A stretch of DNA of 64,000 bases from Squalus acanthias (lineage: Eukaryota). Under the pieces are notes generated by a model. The model did no database searches. It saw nothing but the letters and a program-made list of their open reading frames with translations, and was not told where the DNA came from. The translations under genes and the position numbers were made by a program. Positions 12,181 to 23,082 of this stretch are shown piece after piece; the first letter of the stretch is position 1, and each line of letters opens with the position of its first letter. The stretch is taken from the NCBI GenBank assembly GCA_030390025.1, contig CM059434.1, positions 45,074,001 to 45,138,000 on the forward strand, given 5' to 3'.

Positions 12181-12999
12181 TAACTGGACTTGGTATGAGT
12201 TAGGTCACAGGCAGCAGAGTTTTAGATGACCTCAAGTTTACGGAGGGTAGAAGGTGGGAGGCTGGCCAGGAGTGCATTGGAATAGTCAAGTCTCGAGGTA
12301 ACAAAAACATGGATGAGTGTTTCACCAGCAGATGAGCTGAGGCAGGGACGGAGTCGGCGATGTTCTGGAGGTGGAAATAGGCGGTCTTAGTGATATGTGG
12401 TCAGAAGCTCATCTCAGGTTCAAATTAATCTTGGCCCCCTTCTATTTCTCATCTACATGCTGCCCCTCGGCGACATCATCCCAAAACACAGAGTCAGTTT
12501 CCAAATGTAGGCTGACGATACCCAGTTCTGCCTCACCACCACTTCTCTCGACCCCTCCACTGTATCTAAATTGTCAGACTGCTTGTCCAACATTCCGTAC
12601 TGGATGAGCAGAAATGTTCTCCAACTAAATATTGGCATGACTGAAGCCATTGTCTTTGGTCCCCGCCACAAACTCCATTCCCCAGCCACTGACCCCATTC
12701 CTCTCCCTGGCAACTATCTGAGGCTGAACCAGATTGTTCACAACCTTGGTGTCAAATTTGAACCTGAGATGAGCTTCCGACCACATATCACTAAGATCGC
12801 CTATTTCCACCTCCAGAACATCACCGACTTCGTCCCTGCCTCAGCTCATCTGCTGGTGAAACACTCATCCATGTTTTTGTTACCTCTAGACTTGACTATT
12901 CCAATTCACTCCTGGCCCGCCTCCCACCTTCTACCCTCCGTAAACTGAGGTCATCTAAAACTCTGCTGCCCATGTCCTAACTCGTACCAAGTCCCGTTT
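12181..12999. repeat. ~245-bp inverted duplication within the L2 (arms about 12181-12426 and 12755-12999)
   Basis: The left arm is the reverse complement of the right arm. The ORF track shows MEIGGLSDMWSEAHLRFK on + and MEIGDLSDMWSEAHLRFK on -. Confidence 0.92.
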
Positions 13000-14273
13000 A
13001 CCCATCATGTGCTTGCTGACCTATATTCGCCACCGGTTAAGCAAAGCCTTCATTGTGAAACTCTCATTTTTGTCTTCAAATCCCCCCATGGCCTCCTCCC
13101 TCCCTATCTCTGTAATGTCCTCCAGCCCTACAACCCGCCGAGATATCTGCGCTCCTCTAAGTCTGGCCTATTGAGCACCTGATTTCAATCGATCCATCAA
13201 TCGTGGCCGTGCCTTCAGCTGCCAAGGCCCTGAGCGTTGGCATTCCCTCCATAAACATCTCCACCACTCGACATCTCTTCACTCGTTTATGACCCTCCTT
13301 AAAACGTACCTCTTTGACCAAGCTATTGGTCATCTGGCCAAAAATCACCTTATGTGGGTCCGTGTCAAAATGTGTTTTGTAAGGTTCCTGTGAAGTGCCT
13401 TTTACTATGTTAAAGTCGCTATATAAAGGCAAGTTATTGTTGTTTGTTGTTGTTGAATAAGGGAATGAGAAGGTTCTGGAGTTACTAATGTTGGAAGAAC
13501 AGTTCTTACAAAGTGAAGCACAATCAGTGAGCATTGCTGGTTTCCTCGGGCCCTGTTTTCTGCCCTGGCCTTCTCCTTCAGGTTACGTTAAGCAGCGACG
13601 ACGTTGAACAATGGGGTTTCGGTGATCACACAATGAGGCTTGGAGATAACTTGAGTCAGTGGAATTGATAATGAAACTTTTGCTGTGTCTCGTTCAGTTG
13701 TATTTGCAGTGGGTATAATGGATTCCGGCGCTTCCAGAGTTGCTAATGTTGGAAATACAGTGAATAGCATAAGTGAATGAATGAAAGGGAAGCAAACGAG
13801 CAGAGAATCAAATTGAATGCCAGATGTTTGCCATTTACTAGTGGGTCAAGTGTGGAGGAGCATGAACTGAGGTTTGCGCTCTCTCGTGGCCGCGGCGAGC
13901 ATAATTGTGAAAATTGGCGATTTTGGAACTCCAGTGGCTTCAGTGAGCAGCAGGGAGCAGTAAGAGTGAGTTGAATGTGACGGAGACAAAGTGTGGAATA
14001 TGGTAGTTGAATGCAGTGAAGATGATGAAGAGTCTGAATGTGCATGTGCGTGGAGGGCTGGGCAAGATTTAGGCATTGTAAAGTGTGAGGCTTTGTTGTA
14101 AATGCTGGTTGAGTTGTGGCGATGATATTAGATGTGAGAGGGGAAATCATTGCGGGTCGCAAGATTAGTGTGGTGGCTGAATGTGGTGAGAAAAGGCAAC
14201 GAGTTTGTTTGCAGTGTTGGCGATGGACACGTGTGGAGGTTTTTTGTTTGTTTGTTGTAAAGCAAAGAGTGGG

Positions 14274-14571
14274 AAAAGGATGCATCTCTCTGCATTGGCC
14301 AGGCGGCACTGTAGCCTCTATTCACAAGTGCGACCCGACTACTGAGCAGCACGGGGGCTTTGACCTGCTCCGTTTCCGACCTGGGCCAGTTCACCCCGCC
14401 TTATCCGACCTGGTGAGCCCAGGCTATCCTAGGACCACCATGTGGATACTGGTCTTAGTGCGGACACCCGATCGGCACAGAAGACAGCAGTCCAGAACTC
14501 CTGACCTCAAGCAATCCTGCAGCCTCAGCCTCCCAGCAGCGGGATCACAGGTACGCGCCACCGCACCCGGC
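14274..14571 (-). ncRNA. RN7SL: 7SL/SRP RNA, copy 1 (edge copy, 7 substitutions in its 3' half)
   Basis: Full-length 7SL. Differs from the array consensus at 14284, 14289, 14293, 14305, 14312, 14388 and 14400. Confidence 0.9.
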
Positions 14572-15609
14572 GAGTTTTGCTCTTGTTTCAGCAGCCTTCA
14601 GTTAAAAACGGCAGCAGCTGCTCTGCTGCACTGAGCAATACAGGTTTGATGCTGTGCTTCATTTACTCATCTGGTGTCATTGCATGCTGCTGTGACTCTA
14701 AGTAAGAGCATCAAGACAATATCAGTGATTGCACATTTCTCGGTCAAGACAACATTCCGAATCTATCCGGCTATACTAGCCTTCAGCGCAAGTATCAGTG
14801 CCTTGCAAAATGAGGCGTTGTGACAAGCAGCGTGTCGGTTGGCTGTCGTTCAGATTCCCGTTTGCTGCGAGGATGGCAGCACGGAAGAGCAGAGTCATTT
14901 CTGATGGAAAAATGCCTCACTGACGCACAGTTCTTACTAAGTGAAGCGGCCAAGGCACAATCAGTGAGCATTGCTGGTTTCCTCGGTCCCTGTTTTCTGC
15001 CCTGGCCTTCTCCTTCAGGTTACGTTAAGTAGCGACGACGTTGAACAATGGGGTTTCGGTGATCTCACAATGTGGCTTGGAGATAACTTGAGTCAGTGGA
15101 ATTTAGAATGAAACTTTTGCTGTGTCTCGTTCAATTGCATTTGCAGTGAGTATAATGCAGTCCGGAGCTTCCAGGGCTGCTAATGTTGGAAATGCAGCGA
15201 ATAGCATAAATGAATGAATGAAAGGGTAGGAAACGAGCACAGAGTCAGATTGAATGTGAGTGATTGCCAAACTAAATGTATGCCATTTAGTAGTGGGTCA
15301 AGTGTGGAGGAGAATGAAATGAGGTTTGCGCTCTCTCGTGGCCGCGGCGAGCATAATTGTGTAAAGTGGAGATTTTGTCAGTGCAGTGGCTGCAGTGAGC
15401 AGCAGGGAGCAGTAAGAGTGAGTTGAATGTGACGGAGACAAAGTGTGGAATATGGTAGTTGAATGCTGTGATGATGATGGGGAGACTGTGTGCATGTGCG
15501 TGGTGGGCTGCTGAAGATTTCGGTGTTGTAAAGTGTGAGGCTTTGTTGTGGCGATGATATTGGATGTGAGAGGGGAAATGATTGCGGGTCTCAAGATTAG
15601 TGTGGTGAG

Positions 15610-15696
15610 AAAAGGCAGCGAGTTTGATTGCAGTGTTGGCGATGGACACGTGTGGAGGTTTTTTGTTTGTTTGTTGTAAAGCAAAGAGTGGGAAAA
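15610..15696 (-). terminator. Pol III T4 terminator (15693-15696) and a likely backup T4 (15610-15613); repeated in each unit
   Basis: Minus strand ATCCTTTTCCCAC at the gene end, and the similar TGCCTTTTCTCAC about 80 nt downstream. Confidence 0.7.
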
Positions 15697-15990
15697 GGAT
15701 GCGTCTCACTGTATTGGCCAGGCTGCACTGCAGCCTCTATTCACAAGTGCGACCCGACTACTGAGCAGCACGGGGGCTTTGACCTGCTCCGTTTCCGACC
15801 TGGGCCGGTTCACCCCGCTTTATCCGACCTGGTGAGCCCAGGCTATCCTAGGACCACCATGTGGATACTGGTCTTAGTGCGGACACCCGATCGGCACAGA
15901 AGACAGCAGTCCAGAACTCCTGACCTCAAGCAATCCTGCAGCCTCAGCCTCCCAGCAGCGGGATCACAGGTACGCGCCACCGCACCCGGC
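15693..15990 (-). ncRNA. RN7SL: 7SL/SRP RNA, copy 2 (array consensus)
   Basis: Minus strand GCCGGGTGCGGTGGCGCGTACCTGTGATCCC...GCCGATCGGGTGTCCGCACTAAG...GGGGTGAACCGGCCCAGGTCGGAAACGGAGCAGGTCAAA...GAGACGCATCCTTTT. Colinear with vertebrate 7SL (Alu domain plus S domain, ~298 nt). Confidence 0.97.
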
Positions 15991-16050
15991 GAGTTTTGCT
16001 CTTGTTTCAGCAGCCTTCAGTTAAAAACGGCAGCAGCTGCTCTGCTGCAC
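15991..16050 (-). promoter_or_regulatory. Candidate 7SL upstream promoter region (repeated in every unit)
   Basis: TTTTTAA at -37..-31 and a GCAGCAG/CTGCTGC inverted repeat at -58..-40. Intragenic A-box-like GGGTGCGGTGG and B-box-like GAGTTCTGGAC. Function is inferred from position only. Confidence 0.35.
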
Positions 16051-17111
16051 TGAGCAATACAGGTTTGATGCTGTGCTTCATTTACTCATCTGGTGTCATT
16101 GCATGCTGCTGTGACTCTAAGTAAGAGCATCAAGACAATATCAGTGATTGCACATTTCTCGGTCAAGACAACATTCCGAATCTATCCGGCTATACTAGCC
16201 TTCAGCGCAAGTATCAGTGCCTTGCAAAATGAGGCGTTGTGACAAGCAGCGTGTCGGTTGGCTGTCGTTCAGATTCCCGTTTGCTGCGAGGATGGCAGCA
16301 CGGAAGAGCAGAGTCATTTCTGATGGAAAAATGCCTCACTGACGCACAGTTCTTACTAAGTGAAGCGGCCAAGGCACAATCAGTGAGCATTGCTGGTTTC
16401 CTCGGTCCCTGTTTTCTGCCCTGGCCTTCTCCTTCAGGTTACGTTAAGTAGCGACGACGTTGAACAATGGGGTTTCGGTGATCTCACAATGTGGCTTGGA
16501 GATAACTTGAGTCAGTGGAATTTAGAATGAAACTTTTGCTGTGTCTCGTTCAATTGCATTTGCAGTGAGTATAATGCAGTCCGGAGCTTCCAGGGCTGCT
16601 AATGTTGGAAATGCAGCGAATAGCATAAATGAATGAATGAAAGGGTAGGAAACGAGCACAGAGTCAGATTGAATGTGAGTGATTGCCAAACTAAATGTAT
16701 GCCATTTAGTAGTGGGTCAAGTGTGGAGGAGAATGAAATGAGGTTTGCGCTCTCTCGTGGCCGCGGCGAGCATAATTGTGTAAAGTGGAGATTTTGTCAG
16801 TGCAGTGGCTGCAGTGAGCAGCAGGGAGCAGTAAGAGTGAGTTGAATGTGACGGAGACAAAGTGTGGAATATGGTAGTTGAATGCTGTGATGATGATGGG
16901 GAGACTGTGTGCATGTGCGTGGTGGGCTGCTGAAGATTTCGGTGTTGTAAAGTGTGAGGCTTTGTTGTGGCGATGATATTGGATGTGAGAGGGGAAATGA
17001 TTGCGGGTCTCAAGATTAGTGTGGTGAGAAAAGGCAGCGAGTTTGATTGCAGTGTTGGCGATGGACACGTGTGGAGGTTTTTTGTTTGTTTGTTGTAAAG
17101 CAAAGAGTGGG

Positions 17112-17409
17112 AAAAGGATGCGTCTCACTGTATTGGCCAGGCTGCACTGCAGCCTCTATTCACAAGTGCGACCCGACTACTGAGCAGCACGGGGGCTTTG
17201 ACCTGCTCCGTTTCCGACCTGGGCCGGTTCACCCCGCTTTATCCGACCTGGTGAGCCCAGGCTATCCTAGGACCACCATGTGGATACTGGTCTTAGTGCG
17301 GACACCCGATCGGCACAGAAGACAGCAGTCCAGAACTCCTGACCTCAAGCAATCCTGCAGCCTCAGCCTCCCAGCAGCGGGATCACAGGTACGCGCCACC
17401 GCACCCGGC
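17112..17409 (-). ncRNA. RN7SL: 7SL/SRP RNA, copy 3
   Basis: Matches copy 2. Confidence 0.96.
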
Positions 17410-18530
17410 GAGTTTTGCTCTTGTTTCAGCAGCCTTCAGTTAAAAACGGCAGCAGCTGCTCTGCTGCACTGAGCAATACAGGTTTGATGCTGTGCTTCAT
17501 TTACTCATCTGGTGTCATTGCATGCTGCTGTGACTCTAAGTAAGAGCATCAAGACAATATCAGTGATTGCACATTTCTCGGTCAAGACAACATTCCGAAT
17601 CTATCCGGCTATACTAGCCTTCAGCGCAAGTATCAGTGCCTTGCAAAATGAGGCGTTGTGACAAGCAGCGTGTCGGTTGGCTGTCGTTCAGATTCCCGTT
17701 TGCTGCGAGGATGGCAGCACGGAAGAGCAGAGTCATTTCTGATGGAAAAATGCCTCACTGACGCACAGTTCTTACTAAGTGAAGCGGCCAAGGCACAATC
17801 AGTGAGCATTGCTGGTTTCCTCGGTCCCTGTTTTCTGCCCTGGCCTTCTCCTTCAGGTTAAGTTAAGTAGCGACGACGTTGAACAATGGGGTTTCGGTGA
17901 TCTCACAATGTGGCTTGGAGATAACTTGAGTCAGTGGAATTTAGAATGAAACTTTTGCTGTGTCTCGTTCAATTGCATTTGCAGTGAGTATAATGCAGAC
18001 CGGAGCTTCCAGGGCTGCTAATGTTGGAAATGCAGCGAATAGCATAAATGAATGAATGAAAGGGTAGGAAACGAGCACAGAGTCAGATTGAATGTGAGTG
18101 ATTGCCAAACTAAATGTATGCCATTTAGTAGTGGGTCAAGTGTGGAGGAGAATGAAATGAGGTTTGCGCTCTCTCGTGGCCGCGGCGAGCATAATTGTGT
18201 AAAGTGGAGATTTTGTCAGTGCAGTGGCTGCAGTGAGCAGCAGGGAGCAGTAAGAGTGAGTTGAATGTGACGGAGACAAAGTGTGGAATATGGTAGTTGA
18301 ATGCTGTGATGATGATGGGGAGACTGTGTGCATGTGCGTGGTGGGCTGCTGAAGATTTCGGTGTTGTAAAGTGTGAGGCTTTGTTGTGGCGATGATATTG
18401 GATGTGAGAGGGGAAATGATTGCGGGTCTCAAGATTAGTGTGGTGAGAAAAGGCAGCGAGTTTGATTGCAGTGTTGGCGATGGACACGTGTGGAGGTTTT
18501 TTGTTTGTTTGTTGTAAAGCAAAGAGTGGG

Positions 18531-18828
18531 AAAAGGATGCGTCTCACTGTATTGGCCAGGCTGCACTGCAGCCTCTATTCACAAGTGCGACCCGACTACT
18601 GAGCAGCACGGGGGCTTTGACCTGCTCCGTTTCCGACCTGGGCCGGTTCACCCCGCTTTATCCGACCTGGTGAGCCCAGGCTATCCTAGGACCACCATGT
18701 GGATACTGGTCTTAGTGCGGACACCCGATCGGCACAGAAGACAGCAGTCCAGAACTCCTGACCTCAAGCAATCCTGCAGCCTCAGCCTCCCAGCAGCGGG
18801 ATCACAGGTACGCGCCACCGCACCCGGC
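18531..18828 (-). ncRNA. RN7SL: 7SL/SRP RNA, copy 4
   Basis: Matches copy 2. Confidence 0.96.
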
Positions 18829-19949
18829 GAGTTTTGCTCTTGTTTCAGCAGCCTTCAGTTAAAAACGGCAGCAGCTGCTCTGCTGCACTGAGCAATACAG
18901 GTTTGATGCTGTGCTTCATTTACTCATCTGGTGTCATTGCATGCTGCTGTGACTCTAAGTAAGAGCATCAAGACAATATCAGTGATTGCACATTTCTCGG
19001 TCAAGACAACATTCCGAATCTATCCGGCTATACTAGCCTTCAGCGCAAGTATCAGTGCCTTGCAAAATGAGGCGTTGTGACAAGCAGCGTGTCGGTTGGC
19101 TGTCGTTCAGATTCCCGTTTGCTGCGAGGATGGCAGCACGGAAGAGCAGAGTCATTTCTGATGGAAAAATGCCTCACTGACGCACAGTTCTTACTAAGTG
19201 AAGCGGCCAAGGCACAATCAGTGAGCATTGCTGGTTTCCTCGGTCCCTGTTTTCTGCCCTGGCCTTCTCCTTCAGGTTACGTTAAGTAGCGACGACGTTG
19301 AACAATGGGGTTTCGGTGATCTCACAATGTGGCTTGGAGATAACTTGAGTCAGTGGAATTTAGAATGAAACTTTTGCTGTGTCTCGTTCAATTGCATTTG
19401 CAGTGAGTATAATGCAGTCCGGAGCTTCCAGGGCTGCTAATGTTGGAAATGCAGCGAATAGCATAAATGAATGAATGAAAGGGTAGGAAACGAGCACAGA
19501 GTCAGATTGAATGTGAGTGATTGCCAAACTAAATGTATGCCATTTAGTAGTGGGTCAAGTGTGGAGGAGAATGAAATGAGGTTTGCGCTCTCTCGTGGCC
19601 GCGGCGAGCATAATTGTGTAAAGTGGAGATTTTGTCAGTGCAGTGGCTGCAGTGAGCAGCAGGGAGCAGTAAGAGTGAGTTGAATGTGACGGAGACAAAG
19701 TGTGGAATATGGTAGTTGAATGCTGTGATGATGATGGGGAGACTGTGTGCATGTGCGTGGTGGGCTGCTGAAGATTTCGGTGTTGTAAAGTGTGAGGCTT
19801 TGTTGTGGCGATGATATTGGATGTGAGAGGGGAAATGATTGCGGGTCTCAAGATTAGTGTGGTGAGAAAAGGCAGCGAGTTTGATTGCAGTGTTGGCGAT
19901 GGACACGTGTGGAGGTTTTTTGTTTGTTTGTTGTAAAGCAAAGAGTGGG

Positions 19950-20247
19950 AAAAGGATGCGTCTCACTGTATTGGCCAGGCTGCACTGCAGCCTCTATTCA
20001 CAAGTGCGACCCGACTACTGAGCAGCACGGGGGCTTTGACCTGCTCCGTTCCCGACCTGGGCCGGTTCACCCCGCTTTATCCGACCTGGTGAGCCCAGGC
20101 TATCCTAGGACCACCATGTGGATACTGGTCTTAGTGCGGACACCCGATCGGCACAGAAGACAGCAGTCCAGAACTCCTGACCTCAAGCAATCCTGCAGCC
20201 TCAGCCTCCCAGCAGCGGGATCACAGGTACGCGCCACCGCACCCGGC
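19950..20247 (-). ncRNA. RN7SL: 7SL/SRP RNA, copy 5 (helix-8 loop GGAA)
   Basis: Matches copy 2 except T>C at 20051. Confidence 0.95.
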
Positions 20248-21368
20248 GAGTTTTGCTCTTGTTTCAGCAGCCTTCAGTTAAAAACGGCAGCAGCTGCTCT
20301 GCTGCACTGAGCAATACAGGTTTGATGCTGTGCTTCATTTACTCATCTGGTGTCATTGCATGCTGCTGTGACTCTAAGTAAGAGCATCAAGACAATATCA
20401 GTGATTGCACATTTCTCGGTCAAGACAACATTCCGAATCTATCCGGCTATACTAGCCTTCAGCGCAAGTATCAGTGCCTTGCAAAATGAGGCGTTGTGAC
20501 AAGCAGCGTGTCGGTTGGCTGTCGTTCAGATTCCCGTTTGCTGCGAGGATGGCAGCACGGAAGAGCAGAGTCATTTCTGATGGAAAAATGCCTCACTGAC
20601 GCACAGTTCTTACTAAGTGAAGCGGCCAAGGCACAATCAGTGAGCATTGCTGGTTTCCTCGGTCCCTGTTTTCTGCCCTGGCCTTCTCCTTCAGGTTACG
20701 TTAAGTAGCGACGACGTTGAACAATGGGGTTTCGGTGATCTCACAATGTGGCTTGGAGATAACTTGAGTCAGTGGAATTTAGAATGAAACTTTTGCTGTG
20801 TCTCGTTCAATTGCATTTGCAGTGAGTATAATGCAGTCCGGAGCTTCCAGGGCTGCTAATGTTGGAAATGCAGCGAATAGCATAAATGAATGAATGAAAG
20901 GGTAGGAAACGAGCACAGAGTCAGATTGAATGTGAGTGATTGCCAAACTAAATGTATGCCATTTAGTAGTGGGTCAAGTGTGGAGGAGAATGAAATGAGG
21001 TTTGCGCTCTCTCGTGGCCGCGGCGAGCATAATTGTGTAAAGTGGAGATTTTGTCAGTGCAGTGGCTGCAGTGAGCAGCAGGGAGCAGTAAGAGTGAGTT
21101 GAATGTGACGGAGACAAAGTGTGGAATATGGTAGTTGAATGCTGTGATGATGATGGGGAGACTGTGTGCATGTGCGCGGTGGGCTGCTGAAGATTTCGGT
21201 GTTGTAAAGTGTGAGGCTTTGTTGTGGCGATGATATTGGATGTGAGAGGGGAAATGATTGCGGGTCTCAAGATTAGTGTGGTGAGAAAAGGCAGCGAGTT
21301 TGATTGCAGTGTTGGCGATGGACACGTGTGGAGGTTTTTTGTTTGTTTGTTGTAAAGCAAAGAGTGGG

Positions 21369-21666
21369 AAAAGGATGCGTCTCACTGTATTGGCCAGGCT
21401 GCACTGCAGCCTCTATTCACAAGTGCGACCCGACTACTGAGCAGCACGGGGGCTTTGACCTGCTCCGTTTCCGACCTGGGCCGGTTCACCCCGCTTTATC
21501 CGACCTGGTGAGCCCAGGCTATCCTAGGACCACCATGTGGATACTGGTCTTAGTGCGGACACCCGATCGGCACAGAAGACAGCAGTCCAGAACTCCTGAC
21601 CTCAAGCAATCCTGCAGCCTCAGCCTCCCAGCAGCGGGATCACAGGTACGCGCCACCGCACCCGGC
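21369..21666 (-). ncRNA. RN7SL: 7SL/SRP RNA, copy 6
   Basis: Matches copy 2. Confidence 0.96.
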
Positions 21667-22784
21667 GAGTTTTGCTCTTGTTTCAGCAGCCTTCAGTTAA
21701 AAACGGCAGCAGCTGCTCTGCTGCACTGAGCAATACAGGTTTGATGCTGTGCTTCATTTACTCATCTGGTGTCATTGCATGCTGCTGTGACTCTAAGTAA
21801 GAGCATCAAGACAATATCAGTGATTGCACATTTCTCGGTCAAGACAACATTCCGAATCTATCCGGCTATACTAGCCTTCAGCGCAAGTATCAGTGCCTTG
21901 CAAAATGAGGCGCTGTGACAAGCAGCGTATCGGTTGGCTGTCGTTCAGATTCCCGTTTGCTGCGAGGATGGCAGCACGGAAGAGCAGAGTCATTTCTGAT
22001 GGAAAAATGCCTCACTGACGCACAGTTCTTACTAAGTGAAGCGGCCAAGGCACAATCAGTGAGCATTGCTGGTTTCCTCGGTCCCTGTTTTCTGCCCTGG
22101 CCTTCTCCTTCAGGTTACGTTAAGTAGCGACGACGTTGAACAATGGGGTTTCGGTGATCTCACAATGTGGCTTGGAGATAACTTGAGTCAGTGGAATTTA
22201 GAATGAAACTTTTGCTGTGTCTCGTTCAATTGCATTTGCAGTGAGTATAATGCAGTCCGGAGCTTCCAGGGCTGCTAATGTTGGAAATGCAGCGAATAGC
22301 ATAAATGAATGAATGAAAGGGTAGGAAACGAGCACAGAGTCAGATTGAATGTGAGTGATTGCCAAACTAAATGTATGCCATTTAGTAGTGGGTCAAGTGT
22401 GGAGGAGAATGAAATGAGGTTTGCGCTCTCTCGTGGCCGCGGCGAGCATAATTGTGTAAAGTGGAGATTTTGTCAGTGCAGTGGCTGCAGTGAGCAGCAG
22501 GGAGCAGTAAGAGTGAGTTGAATGTGACGGAGACAAAGTGTGGAATATGGTAGTTGAATGCTGTGATGATGATGGGGAGACTGTGTGCATGTGCGTGGTG
22601 GGCTGCTGAAGATTTCGGTGTTGTAAAGTGTGAGGCTTTGTGGCGATGATATTGGATGTGAGAGGGGAAATGATTGCGGGTCTCAAGATTAGTGTGGTGA
22701 GAAAAGGCAGCGAGTTTGATTGCAGTGTTGGCGATGGACACGTGTGGAGGTTTTTTGTTTGTTTGTTGTAAAGCAAAGAGTGGG

Positions 22785-23082
22785 AAAAGGATGCGTCTCA
22801 CTGTATTGGCCAGGCTGCACTGCAGCCTCTATTCACAAGTGCGACCCGACTACTGAGCAGCACGGGGGCTTTGACCTGCTCCGTTTCCGACCTGGGCCGG
22901 TTCACCCCGCTTTATCCGACCTGGTGAGCCCAGGCTATCCTAGGACCACCATGTGGATACTGGTCTTAGTGCGGACACCCGATCGGCACAGAAGACAGCA
23001 GTCCAGAACTCCTGACCTCAAGCAATCCTGCAGCCTCAGCCTCCCAGCAGCGGGATCACAGGTACGCGCCACCGCACCCGGC
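22785..23082 (-). ncRNA. RN7SL: 7SL/SRP RNA, copy 7
   Basis: Matches copy 2. Confidence 0.96.

Larger units (their letters stand above)
11240..13455 (+). mobile_element. L2-clade LINE, 5'-truncated and degraded
   Basis: FFVTKIETIR, PISNLPFL.KVLEHVV, LNLSAAFDTVDHTILL and GPLLFLIYMLPLGDII..ADD. 3' end GCTATATAAAGGCAAG followed by a (TTG)n tail at about 13435-13455. Confidence 0.88.

Noticed and set aside
15139-15146. ATTTGCAG as an octamer (DSE) enhancer in the spacer
   Set aside because: It has one mismatch to ATTTGCAT, lies more than 500 bp from the nearest 7SL start, and has no recognisable PSE partner.
15900-15990. Alu-like sequence (CTCCTGACCTCAAGCAATCC..GCCTCAGCCTCCC) suggesting a primate Alu or human contamination
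   Set aside because: The complete S domain is present, with no dimer, poly(A) tail or TSD. This is the parent 7SL gene, and the flanking repeats are non-mammalian.
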